From an uncultured candidate division Zixibacteria bacterium (GTDB lineage Bacteria > Zixibacteria > MSB-5A5 > GN15 > FEB-12): a DNA stretch of 53,830 nt. The translations under genes and the position numbers were made by a program. Positions 39,813 to 50,859 of this stretch are shown one piece after another. The notes under the pieces are model-generated. The model saw only the letters and a list, made by a program, of their open reading frames with translations. It was not told the DNA's origin and did not search any database. Positions within the stretch are counted from its first letter, which is position 1; the number at the start of each line of letters is the position of its first letter. The DNA is taken from NCBI GenBank assembly GCA_937900185.1, contig CALCCW010000229.1, forward strand, positions 1 to 53,830, given 5' to 3'.

Positions 39813-41695
39813 TATACACCACTATATAATTTATATGTTAAAGTTTCTTCAGGATAAAGGAAGGGTACAGTTATAATATCATCTTTCCAATAATAAAATC
39901 TTTCAATACCACCTTCCACATCCATAAATTTCCAAGAACCATCAATATATTGATATTGTTTTTCAGAATATCTACCTTCATAAAATTTATTCTGGTCAGC
40001 ACCTAAATATTCATCATGATATATATTTTTATATTCAACATATGCTCTAGCACCTAAATAAACAGTTTCATTTATTTCTGAACAAATCCATATGTTATCA
40101 TCTTCATAAGCTAAAAATAAATTATCATTATTATCTTTAATTGCAGGTAATGGTATACCATAAATATCTTCATATAAGACATAATATGTTTTATTTAAAT
40201 CATAAGCTGTATCACTATGATTATATAATACATAATTACGATTAGGTTTAACAATACTCATATCAAACCAATATGTATCTTTATTAACTATAAAATAATC
40301 TTCATTATTTATATTAAAATATCTATTTAAACCTAATATAATTTTATGCACACCAATATTATCACCGCTTAATATTTTTATATAGCAAGGTCTAATATCA
40401 AGATTAAGATAATTATAAGTTTCACCAACAACGCATTGTGAATCAATAAAACAATCAACTTCTTTATCATCTATTTTTGCCTTAGAATAACCACTCTGAT
40501 TAAACTCTATTAGTTCAGCAGTACCTTTTTTTAATCCATTAAAATAATTTAAGTAATCATCATACATATAGATATTAAATTGTTTATTATCATTTAATTT
40601 TGTTATGGTTTCTTGTATAGATGATTGTGTATCAATAAAATTAGCAATACCATTAATACCATAATTATCAGTATCAACGTATTCATATTTACCTTCATAA
40701 AAAACTATATATTCTGAATCTGCAGTTTCTTTCTGTTCATATTTACAAGTAAAATTATAAAAATCTATTTTAATTTTTATTGAGTATACTTTAAAATCAT
40801 AATTTTCACCATAATCCGGCATATCAAATAATTCATCCTCATAAACATAATTTTCAGATAATTTATCAATGTCATTAGTATATGTATGCGTATAAGTATC
40901 GAAATACTCTTGACCAGTAGGTACATAAATAAAACGTATTCTACATTTAAATGTACCATTTATTTTATAATCTGTTGCTAACCCTTTTACAAGTGTATTA
41001 AATGCAAAATAATTATTATTTTTATAATATGAAGCATTTATTATTAAGTAAGATTCTATAATTTTATTAGTACCCAAATATGATGAACCAATATCTTTAT
41101 AAATATCTAAAGCATCATTTTTATCAATATCGGCATTTTGATAAAAATCATCTATTGAATAATCATTTTCTAAAACAGCATTGGTGTTATTATATTCAAA
41201 ACCTTTCCAAAAATCTGGATAGTAACTTCTTGTTTCTTTATCATATAAGTGTTCTCTAACTAAAGCTAAATTATCTGTTAATCCATATGTCTGTATAAAA
41301 ATTTCAGATTTTAATTTACTCTGGTCTAACAAATAACCGTTTAATTTAGAACCAGAATAATAGTAAGATATTTGTTTATCACCGAGATTTGGGGAATATT
41401 TTTGAAAAAGTGTAATAGGCAAATAAAATGCCATAAAACTTTTTAATTGCTCAACACTCAATATATCTTTAAATGTAATAAGGCTATAATCTTCACCACC
41501 TCTAAAAATATCAATACTAAATTGATCACCAATAAATCTTTTAAAAAGATCAATTTTTTTATTAGGAAAGCAATGATTAAATATCCATGGTTCTGTAAAC
41601 CCAATAAGAACTAAATCATCTAGTATTTTTCCTAATGCATGCATATCAGCTCTGTAGCTTGCAATACCATTCATTCTTGTCGGGGCATTCTTCAT
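39812..41695 (-). CDS. Tyr/Asn/Asp/Ile-rich tail-distal protein (fibre/receptor-binding candidate)
   Basis: 627 aa in the most AT-rich coding stretch of the window. ATGA-type overlaps with both neighbours. Confidence 0.4.
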   Translation of the reverse strand: MKNAPTRMNGIASYRADMHALGKILDDLVLIGFTEPWIFNHCFPNKKIDLFKRFIGDQFSIDIFRGGEDYSLITFKDILSVEQLKSFMAFYLPITLFQKYSPNLGDKQISYYYSGSKLNGYLLDQSKLKSEIFIQTYGLTDNLALVREHLYDKETRSYYPDFWKGFEYNNTNAVLENDYSIDDFYQNADIDKNDALDIYKDIGSSYLGTNKIIESYLIINASYYKNNNYFAFNTLVKGLATDYKINGTFKCRIRFIYVPTGQEYFDTYTHTYTNDIDKLSENYVYEDELFDMPDYGENYDFKVYSIKIKIDFYNFTCKYEQKETADSEYIVFYEGKYEYVDTDNYGINGIANFIDTQSSIQETITKLNDNKQFNIYMYDDYLNYFNGLKKGTAELIEFNQSGYSKAKIDDKEVDCFIDSQCVVGETYNYLNLDIRPCYIKILSGDNIGVHKIILGLNRYFNINNEDYFIVNKDTYWFDMSIVKPNRNYVLYNHSDTAYDLNKTYYVLYEDIYGIPLPAIKDNNDNLFLAYEDDNIWICSEINETVYLGARAYVEYKNIYHDEYLGADQNKFYEGRYSEKQYQYIDGSWKFMDVEGGIERFYYWKDDIITVPFLYPEETLTYKLYSGV

Positions 41696-44385
41696 ACAAT
41701 CTCACCTGTTGAATCAGTAATATCAGCATTGTCATCACGGCTGAATGCTAAATACTGTGTATCAATTTGGAAGTTAGAAAGCGTCTTTTTATCACTGTTT
41801 GTGTAATCCTCCAATGGTACTAAGAAACCACCTGGATTAAATAATACAGAGATTACATCATCTTTTCTTATTGTTGGTGTTAAGAAGTAACGATAACCTT
41901 TAGTAGTAATATATGCTTGATTATATTCATTGAAGTAAACACTATCAATATCATCATCGTCTCTCTGTAACTCTTTTTGAAAACCCTCGTAACCCATCTT
42001 TTCGGGGAACGCACATATGAAATTACAGCCTAAAATACTCTTACCAAATTTCTCAGTATATTGGTGTAATGGTTTCTCATGGATTATTTGTATCACAATC
42101 GCTTGTTGATAAACAGCTATAACCGTTGCTTTAATATTTGATTTCTGTTGCATAAATTGATAGAATACTTGTACACCTTCTTCCGGTACTAGAGCAGGTA
42201 AAAAATCACGTGTAACATAATCTTTATCTGGTAAATCATTCCGTGCATCTTCTAAACGAATAAAATCATTATCTAATGCTGTAAGTGTATATGAACCATC
42301 GAACCCCGATGAGTCTATAAATCCCGCTCCACCAGTAATACTGCGTCCGGTGAATAACTGTAGTTTCGTAGAGAACTGTTTAATATCAAAATCGAATTCA
42401 GTTATAATACCGGAATTGACACCGATTTCAGGCATATCTGCCGTCACACGGTCATAGAGATACATATTCATTCCGTTTAGAAAACAACGTAAATATACAT
42501 TCTCCCAGACATTGCTTCGTTTATCAAGATAATATGTAATTGCACGTTTAATACCGCCTTCAGCATGATACATTGGGAAATCCATATTTGAATGTATTTC
42601 ACCGAATAAAGCTATATTATTACTTGCCTCATAATACTCATTTATATGATTAGGGTATTCAGTTTCACTCCAAGTACCTTTAAGTACTGTAGCTAAATCT
42701 TTACTGCGACTTGTCTTCCAAGATACACTTCCAATCTCTAATTGACTCTTATCTAGTGTAAGTGAATTAGTAATATCCGGCTTACTTGTAGCATCTTTAA
42801 GCATAAAAACACCACCGTAAATAGTATATTCTAAACAAGCCTGTCGGCAAATGTCTTTAATTACAGCACCTACAATTACATCATCAGGATAATATAAACC
42901 GATAGGGAAATTCTCATGTAATAAATGTAATGCCGTATAATTACTTGTATTAAATGATAGCTCTGTATAATTCTCAATTATATATTTAATTATATCTATT
43001 ACATTCGGTCCTACACTACTTGATACACTGCACCAAACAGACTCAATACCTTCCCTTGTAATTGTCGTTTGCGGGCTTAACTGTATACTGTACTCACTGG
43101 TTAATTGTAAATTCATGCTATTATCAAAGACGTTTAAAACACTGTTTGATGGTAATACCGATATTATAGTCTCACGCTCATAATTGATAAAATTGATTTT
43201 AGCATTATCTGCTGTTGACCATTGTTCAGCATAATCATTATACATATCACCAGTTTTCTGTAAAGGATATTTCCCATAAACACCCACTATTTGACCATTT
43301 GTATTGTCTAATAAAACTGGTTCGCCGTAGGCATTATGAGGTGCTTTATCAATAGTAACTTTACCTGTTGTTGAATCATAAGATGAACATTTACATATAT
43401 AGCGGAAAGATTCTTTTTTCTTTTCAGGTATAATACTAGTATCTAGTCCACTACCTTCGCTCACTAAAAACGTAGATTGTAAGAATACTTCTTCATCCAT
43501 GTAACTAGGGCGTTCATCAGATATAAAAATATCATATTCAAGCGTAACTAAAATACGTAAATAGTTACCATCCATATTTTCAAGACCTGGTAATGTCCAA
43601 AAAGTGTTATTAGATTGTTTATCTTTATCAACTGTTTGTCTTGATGTAATACCTGCCATACCATAAGAATCATTTACAAAAGTACAGTGGAATAATCTAC
43701 TATTTTTAAAATAACCTTTTACAACAATATTATCAACTATTAAAGAATAACCTATAGGTACTGTAACATTATTGACAACATGTTCACGCATATCTATAGG
43801 AATATCAATATTAATATAGAAAAAGTTATTATGTTCGACAAAGTTTAAGCGGTCTCTGCGTCTCTTACCATGACTTTTACAATAGAGTGGTGAAACCATC
43901 ATTAGACCGTCTAAATCATCACGTACATGAACGCCAGGCATGTCGCCAAAAACAATCGGTCCCGGAATCAACCCCTCCAATGCGTAAGGTAAGATGTTAA
44001 ATTGAACAATCCTAGTATTCTCATCCCATTTAAAAGGTGTTTCAATTCTGCCACTAAAAACTAATACTCTGTCATCCCATGTTAAATCTTCAAATATAAC
44101 AAATGCATTTGCTTCACACATCATTAGATTTTTAGTCTGAATTATTTCACGTAATGAACTATCATAATCAACAATATTTACAGGTAATGAACCGGTTTGT
44201 CCTGAACTATTTAAAAGCTCTAGTGCTTTACTACCAATTTTTAAACCTTTCTTAGCATTAAATAATGGCAATGTAGAATATCGGTATTCTGTTCCATTGA
44301 TAAAGAATTGTATTAACAGTGTTAAAGATACACCATCAATACTATCAATTTTATTTTGTGCATCAGTTGTTAAAGGGTAAGGCAT
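41692..44385 (-). CDS. Tail tip / baseplate hub protein (gpJ/Tal-like, putative)
   Basis: 897 aa, the largest post-tape-measure protein. The N-terminal pattern is typical of phage tail tip proteins. Confidence 0.5.
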   Translation of the reverse strand: MPYPLTTDAQNKIDSIDGVSLTLLIQFFINGTEYRYSTLPLFNAKKGLKIGSKALELLNSSGQTGSLPVNIVDYDSSLREIIQTKNLMMCEANAFVIFEDLTWDDRVLVFSGRIETPFKWDENTRIVQFNILPYALEGLIPGPIVFGDMPGVHVRDDLDGLMMVSPLYCKSHGKRRRDRLNFVEHNNFFYINIDIPIDMREHVVNNVTVPIGYSLIVDNIVVKGYFKNSRLFHCTFVNDSYGMAGITSRQTVDKDKQSNNTFWTLPGLENMDGNYLRILVTLEYDIFISDERPSYMDEEVFLQSTFLVSEGSGLDTSIIPEKKKESFRYICKCSSYDSTTGKVTIDKAPHNAYGEPVLLDNTNGQIVGVYGKYPLQKTGDMYNDYAEQWSTADNAKINFINYERETIISVLPSNSVLNVFDNSMNLQLTSEYSIQLSPQTTITREGIESVWCSVSSSVGPNVIDIIKYIIENYTELSFNTSNYTALHLLHENFPIGLYYPDDVIVGAVIKDICRQACLEYTIYGGVFMLKDATSKPDITNSLTLDKSQLEIGSVSWKTSRSKDLATVLKGTWSETEYPNHINEYYEASNNIALFGEIHSNMDFPMYHAEGGIKRAITYYLDKRSNVWENVYLRCFLNGMNMYLYDRVTADMPEIGVNSGIITEFDFDIKQFSTKLQLFTGRSITGGAGFIDSSGFDGSYTLTALDNDFIRLEDARNDLPDKDYVTRDFLPALVPEEGVQVFYQFMQQKSNIKATVIAVYQQAIVIQIIHEKPLHQYTEKFGKSILGCNFICAFPEKMGYEGFQKELQRDDDDIDSVYFNEYNQAYITTKGYRYFLTPTIRKDDVISVLFNPGGFLVPLEDYTNSDKKTLSNFQIDTQYLAFSRDDNADITDSTGEIV

Positions 44386-44735
44386 TAGATTATCTCCAAT
44401 TTAATTTTAAAACTATAATACTCACCTATCACATCTGCTGAACCTTCTAAATTATTATCACGTATATATGCTTGATGACCGACATTGCTCCAATCAATAA
44501 AAAGTATTTGCTCATGATTATATAAAGCTATAAATTCACGTAATCTATCATAATGCGAACGAGGCACTTCAGTAAATTCAAGTTTAAGCATACGTTTATC
44601 ATCTAAATGTTTAAAAGCATGAATGTTATATTCATAATCTTTAATATATTTAACAGTTGCGAAATAATCATCTGCGTCCTTAAACTCAGGGTTTTTAACA
44701 ATTACAAGTAAATCATTTTTCTGAAATGTTATCAT
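44385..44735 (-). CDS. Small tail component, similar to the C-terminal domain of 44732..45646
   Basis: 116 aa. ...LREFIALYNHEQILFIDWSN... and ...YSFKIKLE compare with ...FYNASRGLRVLFTDQYDN... and ...YGFTLIFE. Confidence 0.4.
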   Translation of the reverse strand: MITFQKNDLLVIVKNPEFKDADDYFATVKYIKDYEYNIHAFKHLDDKRMLKLEFTEVPRSHYDRLREFIALYNHEQILFIDWSNVGHQAYIRDNNLEGSADVIGEYYSFKIKLEII

Positions 44736-45646
44736 AGCATTTTACCTTCAAATATAAGTGTGAAACCATAATCATCACAAGTGTCTTCAAATACCGTTTT
44801 AACGGATAATTGATTTGTCAAATACCCTAAAAACTCATTATCATATTGGTCTGTGAATAAAACTCTTAAACCTCTACTAGCATTATAAAAATCAATTATA
44901 TACTGTTTATCTGTTACAGCAGAAAAGTCCATAATAATTTTATCATCATATAAATCCCGTTTAATATAAATATGTTCCTGTGTAATAATACTTGTTTGTA
45001 AAGTATGTTTATCTTTAAACTCTGGTAATTTAATATCAATATTAACAGACGCATCACTATATAATTCAATATGTATATGATCGTTGATTACGGTTGGACA
45101 TGTATCTAGCGTATTCAATGTTGCACTAACATAATCACTAATATTAATCCCCGAATCGATGGCTCTATTTGCTTCTATCTCACGACTGAGAATTACAGCA
45201 AATAAACTAGCCTCACTAAGCGTTTTTCCGGCTGTTGCAATCACGGTATTGAGTATTTTCATAGCTTCAATTACAGTGCCACCGAATGCATCGACAGCAT
45301 CAACTGCATTAACTGCTTCTGTAAGTGATGTGTATGTTTCTTTACCTACTTCTTCTAATACTGTGATTGCTTCTGTCATATTTTCTGTATAAATATTACC
45401 AAGCAGAATGCCGGAGACAGTATCTACAGCCCACAAGTACTCACCCACATTTTGAGTGTGTACTGTGGAGTTAGTCCAATTCATTATTACTTCATCTAAT
45501 AAGCTAGTAGCTTCACTTAAAGATTTATGTGCTAGAGATTGGTTTGCATTGGTTTCATCTAATACTGACATTGATTCCCATAATGGGTTCTTATCAATAT
45601 CTGATGCATCCATGCTTTCTTCTAAACTTACTGTAAATATTGCCAT
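44732..45646 (-). CDS. Tail component (distal-tail-protein-like C-terminal domain, putative)
   Basis: 304 aa, two ORFs downstream of the tape measure gene (after 45652..46128). Confidence 0.35.
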   Translation of the reverse strand: MAIFTVSLEESMDASDIDKNPLWESMSVLDETNANQSLAHKSLSEATSLLDEVIMNWTNSTVHTQNVGEYLWAVDTVSGILLGNIYTENMTEAITVLEEVGKETYTSLTEAVNAVDAVDAFGGTVIEAMKILNTVIATAGKTLSEASLFAVILSREIEANRAIDSGINISDYVSATLNTLDTCPTVINDHIHIELYSDASVNIDIKLPEFKDKHTLQTSIITQEHIYIKRDLYDDKIIMDFSAVTDKQYIIDFYNASRGLRVLFTDQYDNEFLGYLTNQLSVKTVFEDTCDDYGFTLIFEGKML

Positions 45647-45651
45647 ATCAA

Positions 45652-46128
45652 TTACGCCTGACTAACTGTTACTGTATAATAGACTCTAACCACATCTGTA
45701 CTTACAACAGATATAGCGGCACTAAAAGCTTTTTCACACCATAATGTACCACTTGTACCTGTAGCTACAGACCCAATAAATGCACCATAGATACTTTCAG
45801 TTGCACTCATTGTAAATTCTGCGGCAGTGCTATTTGTAATACTGCCTCCGCTCGATGCTCCAGTAACCCATGCTTTTCTGTTACCTGCATAATTAGCTGA
45901 TTCAGTCCAGCCTGCATGCGATGCTAATGTATCAGCTACAGCAAATGTCGGTGAGTTGTTTACCAATCCAATATACCAGTTTGATATTTTACTGTCACTG
46001 TAAAACATTACATCCAACAGTTTGGCAAACCCTTCTGTTACTATAATATTTTTACCTTCTCTACTCTCGATTACCTTTCCGTCTCTTACAACTTCAAGCC
46101 TCATTTTACCTTCAATCTTAAACCTCAT
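45652..46128 (-). CDS. Hypothetical tail protein
   Basis: 158 aa, directly after the tape measure gene. Confidence 0.5.
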   Translation of the reverse strand: MRFKIEGKMRLEVVRDGKVIESREGKNIIVTEGFAKLLDVMFYSDSKISNWYIGLVNNSPTFAVADTLASHAGWTESANYAGNRKAWVTGASSGGSITNSTAAEFTMSATESIYGAFIGSVATGTSGTLWCEKAFSAAISVVSTDVVRVYYTVTVSQA

Positions 46129-46140
46129 TATATACCTCCT

Positions 46141-49100
46141 TTAAGCATAAACTAATGGTGGTTGTTCAAACATTATTTTCTGTACTGAACGAGCCAATAC
46201 AGCTTCATCTAATTGTACATTTACATTTACACTCCTTTGGTCATCAATCTTGATATTAACATTTTTATCAATTTGTGTTGTATCTGGTCTAGGTGCATTT
46301 ACACCTGTTGAGAAATTCTCTTTAAACACCTGAGTTTTATTCTCAATTTTTACTGGTTCACCTTTTAAAAATTTCTCAGCATTACCTTGATTATTTATAT
46401 TCTGTCTTAGAATATTAGTTGCTTTTTGTATACTCTCATTTATAGCATTATTTTCAGCACTACTTTTTATTTGTAATTTTTCAATAACATTGCTATAATT
46501 AATAGTTAATGAATCAAGGTCTTTAAGTGCTTTTAATAAATCAGCATTTATATCATTCGTTTTTTCCAACTCTTTAAAATTATCTTTTAATACTTCCCTT
46601 GTCATAGGGTCTTTTGCTTTTTCTTGTAATGCTTTGATTGCTTCAACATTATTTACTAATGCCTTAGCAATTAAATCGCCATTTTCTACTTGACTTAAAC
46701 CTAATTTTGAAATATCAAGTCTATCAAACCAATCTGACAAACCCATAAAATTAGGTGTCAATGCTGATTTTTCAACATAGTTAGCAATATTCTGTGTATT
46801 CTGATTTGTTACTTCTTTAGAAGATATTTTCTGTTCCTCAGTAACTTTAGCTTGCTTAGTTTTTATTTTACTTAATTTTAATTCAGCTAATATCTGTTGC
46901 TGTACTGATGTACGTATTTGAGCTAGTCTAATAATTAACTCACTCTTTTCTAAATTAACAACAATCTCCAATGCTTTTTCTTTAAATAGTGTAAGGTCTT
47001 TTCCGGATAAAACATCTTTAGCTTGCTTAATAATATCTCGTAGTTTACTAGCATCTTTACTGTTGTAAGCTTTATTAAACTTATCCTTAATTAAAAGTAG
47101 TTTAGCTTGTTTATCTTCTTCAGCCTTGACTTCAATTTTGAGTAAGTCCCTCTGCTGTTTAGTAAAATCTCTTAAATGTTGCTTAGTTTCTTTCCTGCTA
47201 GCTTCTAATCCCTTAACCGGCAATCCTGTTTTTTGTGCTAATGAAATTAGTTTATCGTAATTTTTAAGATTATAATTTATTTCTTCAAGTTTTACCTTGT
47301 AATCTTCTGCTTTTTTAATATCGAGATTGTTTTGTTTATTATTTTTTATCTCATTATATGATTTACTGACCAGTGCATTAAATTCTCTATATTTAGCAAT
47401 AGTTTCATTAAGTTTAAGTCCTTCATAAATAGCAGGTACTTTTTTTGTATCAAATAGCTTACGTTTAGCAATCTCTGTTTTTAGTTTTTTACGTTTCTCA
47501 GCTAAATCTTTCAACGAAGCATCTAGTGTTGTTTTAACAACTTGAATTTCTCTCTGTATCTGACCGACATTAGCACCAGATTTAATTTTACGTTTATTTA
47601 ACGATGTAATTCTTTTATCGGCACGTAACTGTATCTTAGTTTCTTCATCACCTAATTTATATAATTGTTTTCTTACATCAGCTAAAGAACGTTTATTTAC
47701 AATTAGTTTAATACTGTACTGTATGGAATTATATGCACTTGTAATCCTCTCTATAAAATTACGCTTGAGTTCTCTTAATTTTTCATTTAATTTCTCAATC
47801 TGACTCTTGCTTTTAGTAATAAATTTAGCGATTACTTTAGATGCACTATCAAATGTTTTATTTATAATAGCTAGTGCTTTCTTATTTGCTTTAGCTATAT
47901 TCTTAGAATAAGTTTTGAAATCAACGTTATGAGTTAATCTCAGTATTCTATCATTTAATTCATTAATTGTACCTGAGAATGATTTACGTATTTCTTCTGC
48001 TGATTTAGTTCCTGCATTTGCTAATCTTTCCATATTGAGTTCAGCTTGGTCTTTAAACTTCTGAAACTCTCTAACAGAATCTTCACGCATTTTTCTTACA
48101 CGACCAGATACAACATCTAACTGTTCAACGAGTTTTTGTAAACTATAAATAATACCTAATATTACAGCACCAATAATTGATTGTATTATTGCCGCCTTAA
48201 TAGTTGCACCTAATGCTCTAACAGAAAAGATTAAACCTTTAATGGCTAAACGCCCTTTTCTAGCTACAGCACTCATTGTTGAACCAAAATTAACGAATGC
48301 CATCTTAGCTGAAACTAAACGTGCTTTTAAACCACTCGTAATATTATTATAACCTACTCTTAATTTACGTGTTAGTAAATAAGTAGTACTTAATCTTGTA
48401 GCCATTCCTGCTTGAACTGCTTTTTGAGACTTATTTGACGTATCAGTAGCTAGAGCTAATTTTTTCTCATAAGCAACCATTAATTCTTGATATCTTGTAG
48501 TACTACGTATTGTATCACGCATATGTAAAAATGCTCCACCTATTTTACTAAGAGCATAATACGTACCACCAATTATTAAGAAGTATTTACCTAAAATAAA
48601 TGCAGATTTAACTAATGGCTGAATAGAACGTTGCATTCCAACTACAGCATCAATAAATGGCTGTGTAAATGCTTGTTCAAAACTTCTACGTAATGATTCA
48701 ACAGCCTTATCAAATTCCTTAGCCTGTGTTTTCATTGGGTTATCACGGACTTTAAGATAATTCTCAAGGGCATCTTTACCTGCATTTATTGCTTCTGAAT
48801 ATTCTTTAAAAGCATTAGCACTCACTGACATAAATGCTGTGATTGAACGTTGACGCCCCAGTGCTTTTGCTAATCCGGCAGAATTGTCAGCATAGTACTC
48901 ATTTAATTTCTTCAATACTTCGCTTAACCCTTCGACCTTAATAGCCTGTTCACCGGATGCCCAACCTAATGCTTCGTAAGTTTTCTGTAATGTAGAACTA
49001 GGTTTAAGTAATGATATAAATAATGAGCGTATTTGAGTACCTGCTTTACTAGCAGAAAGACCTTTAATCGTAAACGTTGCAAACAGTGCGTTTACTTCAT

Positions 49101-50307
49101 CAAGACTAATACCAAGATTCTTTGCAACTGGTAATATAGAACCCATTATATTTTTAAGTTCTTTCATACGTACTTTACCTAACTGAATAGTACGGTGAAA
49201 TTTAGACATAATTAAATCTGTATTTCCTACTTCTTTACCATAGTTATTGTAAGTAGCAGCAACAAGTTCAACGACATCTGACAATTCTGTTTTTAGTGCG
49301 ATAGCACCTTTTATCATATCTTCCATTATTGCAAGTGAAGTATTTGCTTTAGCATATCTTAATGATATTAATTGATAAACAGATTCAGCTATTTCACCTT
49401 TAACAATACCAAATGCTTTAGATAATCTCAGTATTCCAGACTTCAATTTATCTATATTTGCGTCGCCACCGGCAACAACAAATATTTCTGCAAGTGCTTT
49501 TCCGAAATCATTTAAGTCTTTAACAGACTGTCTTATATAAACTGATAATCTTGTAAAAATCTTATAAACTGCCATATGTAATAGAATACGGGTATTAGAT
49601 ATACTACCATTTATGTGTTTATTAAAGGCTGTAAGCTGTTTATTAGCTTTACTTATATTCTTATTTGCATTAACAAATGTATCAAGCCCTGATGACCTAC
49701 GTAAATTACCTAAACTATTTACAGTATTATTTACTTCTTTTGTAAAGAAACCTAATGAGCGTTTAAGAGCCTTAAGTTTCTTATCGAGGTCGAAACCCTT
49801 AAAAGCATTATTAAGTGTCTTAGCAAAATTATTTGCTGCATCTTTTGACAACTTTAATGCATCATTTAACTTACCTGAATTATTCGCAATATTTAAAAAT
49901 TTACGTGCAATAACAGTCATACTTGCTTCACTACCTTCAAGTTTAGTTAATAGCCTACCAAACATCGTAGCTAAACCTTTAATAGGTGCTTTATTTGCCA
50001 CTACTGTATCTATTAAACTCGCAAATGAGCGTACAAGCATTCTTGTTGAAATACGCATTGTAGCATTATTAGTTTTAACTTTTTCAGTATAATCATCCAT
50101 CTTGCTAGTCATAGATTCAAAGGACTTAGCTAATCCCGATATTGCAGGTGTCGCCGAAGTAAAAGATTCTTTAAGTGTGTCAATATTAACAGCACTAAAA
50201 GTTTGCTTAACACTTTCTAAACCTTTATTAAGTGTTTCAAGATTTTTAACTAATTGTTCTACACCGCTATTAAACGATGAAAAATCACTCTGTATTTCAA
50301 CTGACAT
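46141..50307 (-). CDS. Tape measure protein
   Basis: 1388 aa, largely alpha-helical/coiled-coil, with a central hydrophobic segment (IIQSIIGAVILGIIYSL). Position is consistent with a tape measure, although one extra ORF (50308..50859) lies between it and the tail chaperone. Confidence 0.85.
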   Translation of the reverse strand: MSVEIQSDFSSFNSGVEQLVKNLETLNKGLESVKQTFSAVNIDTLKESFTSATPAISGLAKSFESMTSKMDDYTEKVKTNNATMRISTRMLVRSFASLIDTVVANKAPIKGLATMFGRLLTKLEGSEASMTVIARKFLNIANNSGKLNDALKLSKDAANNFAKTLNNAFKGFDLDKKLKALKRSLGFFTKEVNNTVNSLGNLRRSSGLDTFVNANKNISKANKQLTAFNKHINGSISNTRILLHMAVYKIFTRLSVYIRQSVKDLNDFGKALAEIFVVAGGDANIDKLKSGILRLSKAFGIVKGEIAESVYQLISLRYAKANTSLAIMEDMIKGAIALKTELSDVVELVAATYNNYGKEVGNTDLIMSKFHRTIQLGKVRMKELKNIMGSILPVAKNLGISLDEVNALFATFTIKGLSASKAGTQIRSLFISLLKPSSTLQKTYEALGWASGEQAIKVEGLSEVLKKLNEYYADNSAGLAKALGRQRSITAFMSVSANAFKEYSEAINAGKDALENYLKVRDNPMKTQAKEFDKAVESLRRSFEQAFTQPFIDAVVGMQRSIQPLVKSAFILGKYFLIIGGTYYALSKIGGAFLHMRDTIRSTTRYQELMVAYEKKLALATDTSNKSQKAVQAGMATRLSTTYLLTRKLRVGYNNITSGLKARLVSAKMAFVNFGSTMSAVARKGRLAIKGLIFSVRALGATIKAAIIQSIIGAVILGIIYSLQKLVEQLDVVSGRVRKMREDSVREFQKFKDQAELNMERLANAGTKSAEEIRKSFSGTINELNDRILRLTHNVDFKTYSKNIAKANKKALAIINKTFDSASKVIAKFITKSKSQIEKLNEKLRELKRNFIERITSAYNSIQYSIKLIVNKRSLADVRKQLYKLGDEETKIQLRADKRITSLNKRKIKSGANVGQIQREIQVVKTTLDASLKDLAEKRKKLKTEIAKRKLFDTKKVPAIYEGLKLNETIAKYREFNALVSKSYNEIKNNKQNNLDIKKAEDYKVKLEEINYNLKNYDKLISLAQKTGLPVKGLEASRKETKQHLRDFTKQQRDLLKIEVKAEEDKQAKLLLIKDKFNKAYNSKDASKLRDIIKQAKDVLSGKDLTLFKEKALEIVVNLEKSELIIRLAQIRTSVQQQILAELKLSKIKTKQAKVTEEQKISSKEVTNQNTQNIANYVEKSALTPNFMGLSDWFDRLDISKLGLSQVENGDLIAKALVNNVEAIKALQEKAKDPMTREVLKDNFKELEKTNDINADLLKALKDLDSLTINYSNVIEKLQIKSSAENNAINESIQKATNILRQNINNQGNAEKFLKGEPVKIENKTQVFKENFSTGVNAPRPDTTQIDKNVNIKIDDQRSVNVNVQLDEAVLARSVQKIMFEQPPLVYA

Positions 50308-50859
50308 TTAAACACCTCTTAAATATGAACCGGTAATTTTACGATATAATCTACCCAGTTTCTGTTCAAAACTTTTCTTATTGCTTTTAATATAATCTAA
50401 CATTTCTTCTCTCCCATGAGCCAATGCATGTTGTTCGATTTCCCAGAAATTCATTTGGAAAACTTTAATACCAAAATGAAAGAAAAAGTCTTGGTCGTTT
50501 AAAGTTGTCCAAATGAGCCTATAAGCTTTTCTACCTGCTATCATACCTTCTGCAATACCTCTAAATTTATTTTTTCTATATTCACCAGTAAAAGTCATTA
50601 AACCTTTCTTAGAACCGCGTTTCCTGTTACTGTTAATATAGTTTTCTACCTCAGCTACATAATTTACTTTACCAGCAAGTGAGAGTAGTGATGCAATGGA
50701 CATACCTGTATCAATCTTAGTATTCTCCATTACACCACTTATAAAATGTCTAACAGCCTCAGCATAAAACTCATTAGATAAATCACGAGTAACTTTTTGC
50801 ATCTGACTCTTAACTTTATCTAATTTACCAAATTTAAACTTGAAGTTTATTGTTGACAT
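50308..50859 (-). CDS. Hypothetical protein between chaperone and tape measure genes
   Basis: 183-aa ORF. Its first 26 nt overlap the frameshift extension. Confidence 0.55.
   Translation of the reverse strand: MSTINFKFKFGKLDKVKSQMQKVTRDLSNEFYAEAVRHFISGVMENTKIDTGMSIASLLSLAGKVNYVAEVENYINSNRKRGSKKGLMTFTGEYRKNKFRGIAEGMIAGRKAYRLIWTTLNDQDFFFHFGIKVFQMNFWEIEQHALAHGREEMLDYIKSNKKSFEQKLGRLYRKITGSYLRGV

Noticed and set aside
49613-50311. Plus-strand ORFs 49613..50092 and 50102..50311.
   Set aside because: They are antisense to the tape measure gene. Their L/S/F/K-rich composition is typical of the reverse frame of a K/E/L-rich coiled-coil gene.
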